Shown: one piece after another, positions 24,192-37,202 of the stretch
How positions within the stretch are numbered: position 1 is the first letter of the stretch
Layout of the letters: each line of letters starts with the position of its first letter
NCBI GenBank assembly: GCA_038496445.1
Contig: JALMLS010000061.1
Span: forward strand, 62,001-126,000
Reading direction: 5' to 3'
Length of the DNA stretch: 64,000 nt
From: Trichosphaerium sp. ATCC 40318
Lineage: Eukaryota > Protista > Tubulinea
The notes under the pieces: model-generated
The model's database searches: none
What the model saw: only the letters and a program-made list of their open reading frames with translations
What the model was told of the DNA's origin: nothing
Translations under genes and position numbers: made by a program

Positions 24192-27100
24192 TTATACGTT
24201 TTCTTCTGTTGTTTCATCGTCCTCAAATGAAAGTTTCCTCAATGGTGCAAACGATTTACCATAAGATTGTAGCAAACTTTCGTACTTATTAATATCAACA
24301 ACACGTGCCATTTCAAGGTCCTACAAAAACTTTCAAAAACAATCTTTGCAACTATGTTGGCAGTTTTGCGCATGTTTGTGGATTACGTACCATGAGCGCT
24401 CTGTGAATGGTAACTTCTCCTTTTGAAGGCGTATCGACCATTGGTGTTTTAAGGTGCGTATTGAAAAGGTCATCTAATTGTAGTGAAGAAATCATCCTGT
24501 TAGGATTTGCAGTCGTTGCAATAATAATCATTTTGTGATTCTTGATAGGAGGGTCAGATATAAAGACCATTAAAGCCTATAAACAATCGTTAGCATTAAT
24601 TCATGTGTATAAAGGGCGTTTGCTTAGGAAATAAATGGGTACCTGTAGTATAGCCATTGAGTATCTTTGTCCAAGTGGCGAGTATTGAATTAGTTTCTCA
24701 ATATCATCAATTACAACACAACTCTTAGGTGATTTCCCAGCATCAAAGAAAACTTGTTGAAGCTTATTACATATTGTAGTATCTGATACACCAACAAAGG
24801 TTGATGGCTTTATAACTTGGATACACTTATACCCTACAAAGTATTAGCAAGGTTGTTTTTTTTAATAAAATTACTTGCCTCCTTTCTTTGCCATTGTTGC
24901 TGCTATTGCAGTCTTACCAGATCCTTTTGGTCCTGTAATGAGTATGGATAACGATTTAAGTATCTTGCTTGTCTCTAGCTGCTCAAAGTATTTTTCGCCC
25001 AACGAGAACATGTCCTAGAAGGAATCAGACACTCATGCAATAAGAAGAGAGTTTTTTTAAGGTAGTTTGCGTGGTACGTGATAAAAAAGACAATGATAAA
25101 GTGCGTTTCTTAATGCGTACAGACAGTTCAGGTGAGTATTTTATGAATGGATTTGGAACCATATCTTGTATGAAATCAGTGCTTTGTCCAAACAATGGCT
25201 TGGATTCTTTGAAAGCACGGTCAAAGTCTATCTTTTTTATAACAATCTCATCCTCCTTTATTTTATCGCTTATCTTCTTTGGATTAATATGGCGTAGCAT
25301 CGCATAGCTTGAAGCATTTCTCACTAAACCTGAAAGAGTGGTAAGTCAAAGAAAAGTGCAACAATTGAAGTAAACTGGTAAAAGCAGAAAGCAGTTCAAA
25401 AAAAAACAAACTTATCTATACCTTCCAATTCTGCTCCGGTGAAATTTTCAGTGAGTTTTGCATACTCCTTTAAATCAACAGCAGGTTCGAGACGCTTTGA
25501 GTTGATCATGTCAATGCACTTAAGCGTTAGAATTTCAAGTCTACCCTAAAGAACTTGAGTCAGAGCAATTTTCTCACATCTAATACGTACAGCTTCATCA
25601 GGAAGTCCAAGTTCAACTTGTACTTCAAATCTACCTGGTCGAAGCATAGCTGCATCAATTAAGTCTCGCCTGTTTGTCATACCTATTGGAGAATGTTAGA
25701 TTTAGTTACAATTCTAAAACTTAGGAAACTGGACAGCAAGTTATCAAAGGCTTTTGTACGGCTTTGCTTCGATAAAAAATACTGTAGAGTTTACGTACCG
25801 ATTACTAGCACGTTGTTGATGTCTTTAAGACCTTGCATCTGAGTCAAGAGCTGATTGACAACGGAATCACCAACTGAATGAGATGATGAACCACGTGCTC
25901 TTACAATAGCATCAATTTCGTCAAATATTATCAAATGTAATCCCGCTTTATCTCCATTCTCCTCTTGATCATCAACAGCATCTTTAAATAATGCCTTTTT
26001 GGAAGAAAAAAAAGTTAGTCAATCAACTACTACAATCAAACTGTGTACTTTGATATTCTTTTCTGCTTCACCATAAAACTTGCTAAGAATCTCGCCGCCG
26101 GCAACATATTTTATAGTTTTACACTTTAGCATCTTTCCAATGTTCCTAAAACTCCGGTAAGAACAAGAATATTCTAATAATTGCGAAGACTTACTTTGCG
26201 AGAAGTGTTTTTCCAGTACCAGGAGGACCGTATAATAAAATTCCCTTAACGTGCTGATAATCAAGCTGTTTTAATGTTTCAATAGAGAGCATACGTGGTG
26301 CGAAAGCACGTCTGAATATAGAAGTAAATTGTTGGCTTAAACCGCCAACGCCAATTGTCTTGAAATCAAAGTTCATGGCACCATCACTGAACAAAGACAC
26401 TCTCTGTTTGTGGCTCTAGAGGCATGTGAGTAGGTACATTAGGTTGCAGGCAATAGTAAGAGACGTACAGTTCCGCTCTCGGTTTGATTTGCAATTCTTA
26501 ATGTCGAGTTCTTTGCTATTTCGAAAACAAGTTCTGTTCCACCTGCAAGAATAGCACGTTCATCTATCTTTGTGATATCCCTAGTCTTCGAGAAAGGTAC
26601 AACTGTTTTGAATTTAAAAATGAGATCTAATCCAAGAACACGAACAAGAAGCTTTTGGTTACAAGTGAACACCTGCCCGCTATATGTTTTCTACAACAAT
26701 AAGAAAAAGAAAGAAAAAAAAAACAACTCTGATAAAGTCTATTCACCGTACTTTAACATGCTGAGCAAGAGCTGTAGCACTTATTGCACCATGTTCGTTA
26801 TCTCTTCTTCTCTTAACCTTGTAATCAATCTCAATAATCATAGCACCGGAATCTAATAAACAACGTTACAACATAAACAACACGTGGCTGGTATTTTTTT
26901 TTGGGTAAAAAATCATTTGTGCGTACGCGGGATTGAAGATTCCGTCGCTGGATTGCATGTTATAGAGTCTCCTAATGCAGCAAAAATATCGACCTGTTGT
27001 ATAGCATTGATTGCTACGCAATCTGAACGATAAAAGAGATAAGGAACCGGAGGAGAAACGTTTTATTTAGTGTACCATCTGCCAAGGTCTTTCGCGCTTT

Positions 27101-27253
27101 GTATGTATAGGTACAGCTTAAACTACCTCCTTCGCTATCAATCCGTACGAATTTACCTTGTTTGGACCATTTCTCAAACGTTTGTGTTGAAACATAGATG
27201 TTGTTGCTGTAGTGGAGTTTCTTTGGTGCGGATATTACTGTAAGTACGGACAT
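24192..27253 (-). CDS. NSF: Vesicle-fusing AAA+ ATPase NSF/Sec18 (divergent)
   Basis: [105 protein letters not shown]2 GPKGSGKT and DDIEKLI. Confidence 0.92.
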
Positions 27254-27825
27254 GATGTATTGATGGTTGTTGTTATGATGAAAAAATGACAACGTGGTTT
27301 TTTTTACCAATTTTCAAATCCGTTTCAAATAAAACTTGCTCCATGTGAACCTATTTTGAATACACTGTACAAGAAGAACGCAGAAACCCATTCATTATTT
27401 TTACATAGTGGAAGGTGGCTCAAGTATTTTCAATAGTTGGTATTCACAGAAAACCCCGACTGTACTTAACCCTCTTTATTTTAAGTAAGGTTGCGTTCGT
27501 TTCCAACACAATGACTCGGCCATTAGAGAGTCAAACAAAGGTCGCGTCATGCCCGCTAAGTCTGCTACAAACATTCTTTACCAGTTCCTTTAGACGTTTT
27601 CTGAACTTATCGGTGATTGCACGAAAACAGTCAAGTGCTTGACCCTACAGACTAGCCTGGTTTTTGATACCTTGCCAAGCACGGACTTGATTGTATTGAC
27701 AATAACAAAAGAAGCATAACGAAGTGTAACGATTGTTTTTCAGGGACTCCAAGCCTAAAGTACAAATACAGCTGGCTGATCTTGAACATATCATGTTACA
27801 TTGTCCTACGTAGTATGGACTATTG

Positions 27826-27935
27826 TACGGGCTATTTCATTTTAAGTTTATGTCCTTAACCAACAATGCATAATCAATCACTGAGTTTTATTGATACGGG
27901 CTATTTTGTTTTAAGTACACATGCTTAACCAAATT
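27826..27935. repeat. Imperfect direct repeat, ~70-bp period
   Basis: TACGGGCTATTTCATTTTAAGT...CTTAACCAA recurs as TACGGGCTATTTTGTTTTAAGT...CTTAACCAA. Confidence 0.55.
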
Positions 27936-28067
27936 GACATTGATACTGATTATTGATTGATAAACTACAACTATAAACAGCTCAAGGTCCAATCCTTTAC
28001 AAGTTGAAGTATAAACCCATATCAAATGCGTCACTATTAGGGTTATTATGTGTATAAGTAGTGGTAC

Positions 28068-28697
28068 TTAAGGGTGGAGTCCCATATTGTCTTAATCTCG
28101 ACGAACCCCTCTCAGATTTGTCTATAATTTACTGTGAGTACTCAGCACGCCCAGTTATACCCTTTAGGTAGCGCTAAAAATTTTTTCCGATAAATGGAAT
28201 TGTGTTTTTTACCTAAATTAAGCGACTTTTCACGCTCAGCTAACCCCTCTTCAATTCCGCTATAAACTTCCGCAAAACACGTATTTACAGTCTTAAATAA
28301 TATAGTGTGGTTTAAAAAGTTATTGCACAACACACAACATAGAATTTTGAAAAAACATCTAAAAATAAACAAATAATGTTTACGGTAAACACACAAAAAA
28401 AAAATACAAGTTTTTGATACACACAAAAACAAAAAAATAACACTTAAAAATTAGTTTTTTTCTCCAAAAACTGCACAGCTCATAAAATTCATAGATGGGT
28501 GCCACGTGCCGTGATGAAATGAACATGAATAATTTTTCACAAGTAATGAAAAAAATGGTTACTGCTTAATTTGGAAGCTATGTGAAAAAAGCACGTGTCT
28601 GTTAAATCGCGTAGGCGTTAAGGTCATACGGTTTAATGTGGTAACAAAAAATCAGGTTAAAAAAACAGTTTTTGTCAATATAGGACTCCACCCTTAA
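28068..28697. mobile_element. Non-autonomous DNA transposon (MITE) with TTAA target duplication, Kolobok-like
   Basis: TTAA(28068-71) + GGGTGGAGTCCCATATTG ... CAATATAGGACTCCACCC + TTAA(28694-97). The 18-bp TIRs have one mismatch; the element is 622 bp with no coding capacity. Confidence 0.85.
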
Positions 28698-29755
28698 CTA
28701 ATTGTCGTTATTGTTTCAAGAAACTTAAAACAATACGATTGTTTAAGCCCTTTTTTGTTTCTTGATTGCAACGTTTCCGAACTTCTGGTAATATACTCCC
28801 TCCCTCCCGCCTCCGTATATTAATATTCAAAAACACTGAAAACAAAACAAAAATTATAAAACAACAAAAGCAATTCTGAAGTCAGAGATGGAATGGCGTT
28901 ACATCTCACTTACCTAACAACAATACTATTTTTTCTCTGTACTTTGTTTCTCATACATGCGTCAATTGTAAGGACATGTATGGGATAAAGGAATAAAACG
29001 GGCAGACCCTCTTTATACCCAACAACAATAGCATTGTTTTACTCGTAGAACAATAAAACAATAATGTTTGAAACTTTTGGCTGGTATACTGCTCATAGAT
29101 CTCAGTGGTTCTACAAATACTAGTAAATTAGCACATTTTGTAGGCGTACATCGTATTGGCTGTTTAATTGTAAGCATAGCAAATGACGAGAGAATAAAAC
29201 AATTGACATGTGTAAAATTGTGTTGATAGTACTTTAAAAATAAAGTAAATGCACTGATTTCTTGTTTTGTGCTACGCAGATTTACATTACTGCGCCCATG
29301 TCCACCTTGTTTGTGGAGTCTCGAGGGCGAGTTTATCACGTGATAAAATCCATTTGCTATGACATTGACTTTGTTTGAGAATTTGGCTGCAGCAAAACCC
29401 TGGAAAGATCAGTAACAGTCAGTTAATCGTTGATACTCTTTTTAGTCGCGTAATTCTACTACTCCAAACGTTACACCGCCCGCCGTTACACCAATTTAAT
29501 CGCTCATTGCGTAGAAAGGTACCACAATACTTGCGATAGAATTTAAGAGAGTTTACAAGCAAAACGAAAAGCGTAAATCTAATTTACCGGCAATTGCGCT
29601 AATTTTCAAGTCAAAACACATTCCGAGCACACCTTGTTGCTAACTGACCCAAACGAGCGCTTTTGGGTGTAGTATCGTTTTTCGAAGAAATCTCTGTTTA
29701 CTTTCCAATAAAACGTGCACTAGCTTTAACATTTAATAGATTTATCATACTCCAA

Positions 29756-31138
29756 ATGTCAATTAAGCCAGGGCCATATGTATACAGCCCCATCAACAAT
29801 ACATCCAAGACTATACTGGACCTACCACGTGACATACAACGATATTTGTGTACTTTCAATGAGGAAACATTTAAGAAGTTTCATATCCTATCAAAAAGAG
29901 CTGCAATCCACACACACTACAATAACAAACTCGAAAGAAGTGGTATTTGGATGAAATGGTATCCTAGCGGTCATTTAAAGTCACAGACAAATCTCATCAA
30001 TGGCGTTGAGAGTGGCGAGTTTAAACAGTGGTATGAAAGTGGACAACTTGAAGTACATTGTTGGATGCTTGATAATGCTGCTACTAGCGAGTATAAGCAG
30101 TGGTATGAGAATGGAAACTTGGAGCTATTTCATCATTTAGTTGATGATGAAAGGAGTGGTGAGAGTAAAGAATGGCATGAAAACGGAAAACTCTGTTGGC
30201 AATGTTCTTTCAAAAAAGACAAAAAAAATGGTGAATACAAACGTTGGTATGAGAATGGACAACTTTCTTGGACATGTCTTTATGTTGATGATAAAAGTAA
30301 TGGTGAGTATAAGCGATGGCATAAGAATGGAAAACTTAGTGTTCATTGCTGGTATGTTGATGGTAAAAAGGAAGGAGAGTACAAAGAATGGTATGAAAAT
30401 GGTCAATTACACTTCCACTGTTGTTATGTCAATGATAAGAGAAATGGACAATATAAGGCATATTATGAAGATGGAACACTTAAAAACAAGTCACATTTTG
30501 TTCATGGTTCCAGAAATGGTATTCTAAAACAGTGGCATGATAACGGACAAATTGATATGGAATGCATTTTTATTGATGACAAGGAGAATGGTGTGTTTAG
30601 ACAGTGGCATAGAAATGGAACTCTTGAAGTTCTTTGTATAAGTGTTGATGATAAAACAAATGGTGAGTATAAGCAGTGGTACGATAATGGGCAACTTGAT
30701 TATCAATGTAACAAAATTGATGATAAAAAGAATGGAGAGTACAAAAAGTGGCATAGGAATGGTCAGTTGTGTGAGGTATCTTTTTATGTTAATGATAACA
30801 GAAACGGAGAGTACAAACGTTGGCATGACAATGGTCAATTATTTCAGACTTGTTATTATGCTAATGGCAAGATAAATAGTGAGTTTAAACAGTGGTATGG
30901 AGATGGAAGGCTTCACATAAATTCAACCTTTGTTCAAGATAACCGAAATGGTGAAGCCAAGGCATGGTACAATAATGGACAACTCAAAGAACAATCTATG
31001 TGGGTAGAAGGCAAGCGACATGGTGAAACCAAGACATGGTATGACAATGGACAACTCAAGGAGTTGGCTGTTTACGTTGACAACAAAAAGACTTGTGATA
31101 ACCAAAAATGGGATAGAAGTGGACACCTTATTGTCTAG
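29756..31138 (+). CDS. F-box-like + MORN-variant (YwqK-like) repeat protein, ~17 repeats, intronless
   Basis: N-terminal ILDLPRDIQRYLCTF; 24-aa unit NGEYKxWYENGQLxxxCxYVDDKK repeated about 17 times. Confidence 0.85.
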   Translation: MSIKPGPYVYSPINNTSKTILDLPRDIQRYLCTFNEETFKKFHILSKRAAIHTHYNNKLERSGIWMKWYPSGHLKSQTNLINGVESGEFKQWYESGQLEVHCWMLDNAATSEYKQWYENGNLELFHHLVDDERSGESKEWHENGKLCWQCSFKKDKKNGEYKRWYENGQLSWTCLYVDDKSNGEYKRWHKNGKLSVHCWYVDGKKEGEYKEWYENGQLHFHCCYVNDKRNGQYKAYYEDGTLKNKSHFVHGSRNGILKQWHDNGQIDMECIFIDDKENGVFRQWHRNGTLEVLCISVDDKTNGEYKQWYDNGQLDYQCNKIDDKKNGEYKKWHRNGQLCEVSFYVNDNRNGEYKRWHDNGQLFQTCYYANGKINSEFKQWYGDGRLHINSTFVQDNRNGEAKAWYNNGQLKEQSMWVEGKRHGETKTWYDNGQLKELAVYVDNKKTCDNQKWDRSGHLIV

Positions 31139-32043
31139 AGTGATATCATAGCAAGCACCAATAGCAAGAAAATCAATAAATAGTAAATATCAGTTAGAAC
31201 TCGATAGAGTTTTTCGGTAGCTTGTCCAACACTGAGGAGTAAGTTTGAACTTAAATGAGGTATTGGGAAAAATGTACAGATTGTGAATTTGTTAGGTAAC
31301 TTGCAGGAGACTTCAACCGCTGGCTGTACTATCTTTATCTATTGTATTTTGTAAAGACTGAGTGAGTAGTATGCCTCAGAAGTATCCGGAAACATTTCAC
31401 CATACTTGAAAGAAAGAGTCTTTAATTGTCAGTGCAGGTTTGAGGGATTCTGGTATTTCAATAAAAAGAAGGTGAAACAGACGGTGAATCTACTTTGAAG
31501 CATGCAGCATGGCAGCAAGTTCATAGTTCTTTGCCGGGATATACCTTATGTCTTTGGATGGACGATGAGTACCCAGACCGTACATTTGACATTAACACGT
31601 GCAAGAGTTAGGCATTCTTTTTCCAAACGTTGCTCATCGTGGCTGTGGTGTATTCTCGTTGCTTGTTCATTGGTATCACGTGCAACGAGGAACAAGTGGT
31701 TACTGCCACTGCGAGTAGTAATTTGCACTCATGTATTTACAGACACAAGCTTACAACAAGCCACATGCGCCAATAGGTTTGCAAAAAAATAATGTATTTT
31801 ACGTTTTAATGATGTTTTAATAACTGCGACGCGTTGAATGTGCCCAGAAATGTATTGCGGGTGAAGTATCTGGCTTTAACACTCCACTCCAATTAAAAGC
31901 TGTTGTAAGCTGCTATTTCGTAGCCTCGGTTTAGTAGCCCTTTGATCCTTTCGTACCCATGACTCCAATTGTCCGTTAAGGCAAGCAAAACACAAAAGCT
32001 ACCAATAACGCCTCTTAATCAGCAAGAGCGCTAGAAAACCACA

Positions 32044-33192
32044 ATGGCCAGTACAATAGCTGATGTGAGAGTCTATCCTGAGTTAAACGCCAAATTAATA
32101 TCTCAAGGCGCTGAAGCAGTACGATACATCATTTCTAGATAGTTTTTGCTTGATTGGCATCAAAACATGGCTAAAATGATTTAAGCGCATTTACACTTGC
32201 ACGTACATGGGTCAATCAGCAATAATCAAGGAAAGATTTACAAAAACATACAGACACCCAACTCTTGACCAAAAACTAAACACACAACGCTCCAACGCCG
32301 TAAGCGAGCCTAAAACTGTATAACACACCGCCAACACGTTTTTTTAGGAGGCAACTTTACTTTCACGCGTCCGGGGCGTGGGTGTCGATGCACCAACGCT
32401 GTACCTTGTAGATCCAGTAAATTGGCGCATTATAATGGAGAATGTACAAGGACAAACAGTCAAAGCTCATCTTCTTGACCACGGCAACCCTACAGTACAA
32501 GGTACGTGTAATTTGTAATATGAGATGCTGACAAAGCCCAAAACGGAACCCAAAGCAACTTAATTTTCCGAAATTACAATTTTCGATAGCTAATTCTTTT
32601 TTGTTTGTAACAGAGTTGAACGACCTTGCAATTAAAATTGGTAACGCCCTCGTAAAGCTCCATGACGCTGGCATAACTCATGGCGATTTGACGACCTCAA
32701 ACATGATGCTACGTGACTCCGGTAGTATCGTGAGTGCTTCTGCGTTTCGTTTAACCCAATGACTGTCATTAGGCTATGATTGATTTTGGACTCGCTAGAA
32801 TCGATTGTCACCAACCTGAAGATAAAGCCGTAGATCTATACGTTCTAGAGAGAGCATTTCTAAGCACACATCCCGAGTTAGGATCTTTGGTACGAGATTT
32901 AAAATAAAATTTCTCCAAATAAAAAAACATGTGATTGTTAACAACTAGCGTAGTTTGACGACATCATATCGCACTACGTCAAGACATCAAAGAAAGGTAA
33001 ACAAGTGTCGAAGAGATTAGAACAAGGTACCATTTTATTAAACGATAACACATGCTTAATCACACAAAACAATGTTTCACATTTATTCAATAAAATTTTT
33101 TTATTTTTGCTTCGGCGTTTTTTCTTGTTTGTGTTCTAAAACTATTTCTTTTAGTGCGATCAAGAGGTAGAAAAAAGCTTGCTTTTGGTTAA
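32044..33192 (+). CDS. BUD32: KEOPS complex kinase Bud32/PRPK (TP53RK)
   Basis: [60 protein letters not shown]-terminal [12 protein letters not shown]. Confidence 0.93.
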
Positions 33193-33388
33193 ACATAGCG
33201 TTCTTAAAAGTTGACGAAATTCTATCGCACATTGTAATTATATAAACGACAACTTTGTTTAACGCTTCGTGCACGTGGGGAAAAGAAGTTCGCTTTTTAT
33301 TTTGTTTGGAAAGTTCGCAAGGAAACAACGCGTAGAGTGGCTTAAAGGTTTAAGTCTATAAGCCTACCTAGGGACTACTTGATTCACA

Positions 33389-34200
33389 ATGGAAGTGTCA
33401 GAGATACCAACAACTGTATGCAATAGTTAGGTTGTACCTTTTCCTCACAACGTTCTGTAGATGCAATTGAAGAGCCAAGAGAACATATCTACATTCCTAG
33501 AGGATGAAATAACGTAATAACTAGTTGCAACAGAGTGCAACAATAGGTTGACGCACTTTAGTGTTGTTCATAGCACAGCTGCATCTCAAGGCAGACTAAG
33601 CTCGCAAGGTACAGATAGCACAAAGCGACGTTCATTCACATTCTTGTAGAGTTGGATCATTTACTTGCCGTCCGAGACGAGCTACGAGGACATACCATAT
33701 CACTACGTACAGACAAGATTATGGTGAGTCAGGTCTTCTTTTTAGCGAGTGTCCCAACCCTTTTTTTAGAGAAAATATTGGAATAACAGCGTAGAGCTAT
33801 CAATCCAGAAGCTATCGGAGGCTATAAACGAGTACGCGTTTTGGAATAAGACATTCGCGTAGTGGCAGTTTCCGCTACGTGTTCACAACACAAATCAAAA
33901 AATTTTCAAAAAAAACAATCTTTGTTTATCCTTTAAAATACCACTAGCCCACTTGCATTATACTTGCTACGCCAAATATTTAGAAAAAACGACTTTGTAG
34001 TGTCTTTTACGAGCGCTAAAAAGCAGCCGAAAAAAAATGGTACACATCATAAAACGACACCTCTCATCATGACCCTCAGATGAAATAGATCAACATAGTA
34101 CATCATCACAAGAAGAATTCTTCTTAGATGACCAAGACTCTTTTTACCCTACTCAGAATGATGATAATACCAGACAGCACAAGAAACCTAAGAAATCGTA
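33389..34200 (+). CDS. Possible small multi-exon hypothetical gene
   Basis: Short coding-like segments bounded by GT/AG sites (e.g. ELDHLLAVRDELRGHTISLRTDKIM); no domain recognised. Confidence 0.3.
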
Positions 34201-34944
34201 CGCAAAGACACAAAAAAAACTTTTTTACTTCGCATCGCGATGATGTTGTTTTTTGGTTTGTTTGATCTTTTGTGTGTTGATACAGTTGCGTAAAGTAGGT
34301 CTAAAAGGAAACGTAAGGCAGTGGACTTTACAAAATTTTTTGAGGAGCCTAGTTCACCGCTTTTGTTCTCTCGAAATCTCCTATAAAACAACAATAAAGA
34401 AAACTTTAGGAACTTTGAATTAACCGGTTGTGTTTTTATTTTTTTTTGGAACACTAAACGTGACATATGTAAAACCGTGCTCTTGACAGTGCACCGTGGT
34501 TTAGGAATTCTATCACGTTTTTTTAAAACACACAATTTTTGTTTTTATTTGTGTACGATAGTAAGCGAACCAAGCGTTTCAGGACCATCGCCTAGGCGTC
34601 TGGTAAACTATTGTAAATAAAACGAAGACACCACGTGGAGAGTGGGAGTTTTTGGGAAGAAGGTGCTGTTGATAGGGATCAATTGAGGACATCTGTTCAA
34701 ATACAATAAAACGATTTATTTTTACGACGTTTTTCAGCGCTGTTGTTACAATTTAAAAGTTATACAAGGGTTTTAATGTTCTAAAATACACAAGAGCCAG
34801 TGATATGTTACCAGCGTGTGATCTTTTTCAGATTCTTCCGGTTTTTCTTAGTGTGAAACCAAAAAGAAAGACCGAAAAAATCCAAAAAAAATTGACTTAC
34901 ACACTTCTTTTTTTCTGTTGTTATCAAGATTCTTTTTGGCTTCC

Positions 34945-36982
34945 TCAGATAGGAGCATCCAATGCAGTGTAAGACACATGGTTATTGCGCTCATCACGAT
35001 AGAGAGGATTCAAAAAGTCTTCATAGTATGAAGGTGTAACGTTCATCGGGTCGAGGTTGTAAGGCGAATATTGCAACATATCATTGTGTTGAGGTGCTGT
35101 GGCTGTTGGTACTGTAGCGTAGTAAGGAGCGGGTAAATCAGAACCATATTGCATAGAGTTACTTTCATGAGAGTAAGCGTATACACTCAGTCCGCATCTA
35201 AAAGAAAAACTTAGAAGACTTCAAAAAAAAAACCGACAAATTGATATGTTTTGAAAAAAAAGGAATTGTTTTCGGAGAAGACCGAAAAGACTTATATTAA
35301 CGAAGAGAATAACTTACGGCCAAGACTGAGAAGCATTGTGTTGCAGTGGAGGTACATCTTCTTGCTTAATCATCAACTCGTCTTTAAACTCTTGTGGTTC
35401 ATACTTCATAACAATATCTTCTTCATCAGTTTCCGAAATTATCTCCTCTTCCATAGAAGCTCGTGGTGAGTACGTCTCAGACCAATCAGAGTCAACTGAT
35501 ATAGTACGGCCACGTCTGTTTTCTTGTGGGAAAAAGTCGGTATTTTCGAAACACGTTGGTAGTTCGCTCATGCTAATGCTTATGCGTCTTCTTTTGGCAG
35601 GAGAAGGTGGTTCTGTCTTAAGTGCGCTTTTACTTCGGCGTTTTTGCCGAAGCTTCTTAGTCTTGCGCTTAGACCCGTCGCGTTGTTCGACTAGACGCTT
35701 TAGGGTGGAATTCCAATGATTTTTGATGGCGTTAGCTGGTCTTCCGGCTAAAAGCTTCGAAATGCACGTCCACTGATTACCAAGCCTCGAGTGTGCTTCG
35801 ATAATGATGTCATCCTCCTAAAATCTTTGTCAGGTCGCATTCCGTATTGAACGAAAAAATCATTCGATAAAAAAAACGCATTTGATAACGAAAACAAATA
35901 CAACACCGGCATTTAAGTCCGTAACCCCAAAAAGGAAAGAATTTGCCAAGTTTAAAAAATACTCTTTTGTAGTTTTAGTAAGAGGGTTTTTTGTCACATC
36001 TATCGGATGAATGTATACATACCTCCTTTGTCCAAGCCTCTTTACGGACTTCAGGCGATAAATGATTAAACCAACGTTCACGGCATTGTTTACCTAACAA
36101 ACATGATTAGGAGCAATATTTACATGATTTCGACGCGTTTGATAAGACTTTAAACGTTATCTAACAAAAAAGTTTTTTTTTGTGAAACCTTGTCTTTTTG
36201 TTTTATTTTTGAACCACTGCTGGATTACGTGTAGTTTTATGCGTTTGCGTACCCATTCTAACCTTTCCTTGTAACGCCATTTGGCATGCGATTGCGCTCC
36301 AGTCTCGTGGGCCGAATTCACTCACCAAGTTGCCTAGTATTTCATCTTCCTATAGTTTTGATTATTAGTGAGTATGTGCAGTAGTATTTTTAAATATGAG
36401 AGGTGTGAGATTGAACTACGCGAAAAGAAATGGGCGTGTTTTTTTTTATAAATCGCGAACACATGTGTTTGAGCGATTGAATGTTCACAAACAAATACAA
36501 AAACAACAGCGTACGTGTTTCTTCCATGGACCTTTGACCAATTGAGGGTGAGTTTTATTTTTCAAAGCTTGCGCAAGCTCCTTGTGATGATCAATTGAGG
36601 GCGCTCTAGGCCTGTAATCCTAAACGGCTTTAGTTAGTACATGAGACGAAAACACCAATCTTTTCGGCTTCAACAAGTTGAAAAGTAAGAAAACTGCGTC
36701 AGATAGCATGCGCAACACTTTGTTAAACACATCAGTGGGCATCTATCAAAACGTGACAAGAAAGGCCGTTAAGCTCCAAAACAAACTTGTTTGCGCTAGT
36801 AAAGTTTACAAATGTAAATAAAACGACACGCGAAGTGTTTTTTATGAGTTCCACCGCTGATTTGTTTTTTTTGTTTTAACAGCGAAATTTCTACAAAACA
36901 AACGTACGTCATCGTTAGTGCGTGGGTTTGGTGCACTTTTTGAACGTTTGCTACTTCTTGTTTTTGTTTTGTTTGAAGCCAT
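34945..36982 (-). CDS. R2R3-type MYB transcription factor
   Basis: LVKGPW...[21 protein letters not shown]...[65 protein letters not shown]; acidic low-complexity C-terminus. Confidence 0.92.
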
Positions 36983-37074
36983 TTGTACGGAATTGTATGT
37001 TGGTTATAAAGGATTGTATAGTAGAAAACCTATTGTAAAGCTTTGTTTTTATGTTTCTCAAGCTCTCTCTGTGT

Positions 37075-37202
37075 AGTGGTTAACGCTCTTTTGTATTTTT
37101 ATGAATTTTATTTTAGTGTGGCGTTTCACTTTTGGAAAAAAACCTGACTTTACACTGATATGGACAACTCGTAGTATTTCATAACCGCTTGGTCATGATA
37201 AA
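37075..37202. repeat. Dispersed short repeat, copy 1 (upstream of the MYB gene)
   Basis: AGTGGTTAACGCTCT...TGGCGTTTCA...CTGACTTTACACTGATATGGAC...TCGTAGTATTTCATAACCGCTTGGTCATGATAAA; recurs at 58701-58811. Confidence 0.8.

Noticed and set aside
30137-31126. Overlapping hydrophobic ORFs inside the MORN gene (likewise inside the LRR gene and 15190-15424)
   Set aside because: Alternative-frame or antisense shadows of repetitive or low-complexity coding sequence.
37068-37095. tRNA gene (GTGTAGTGGTTAAC resembles a D-arm/A-box)
   Set aside because: No T-arm GTTCRA and no acceptor stem follow.
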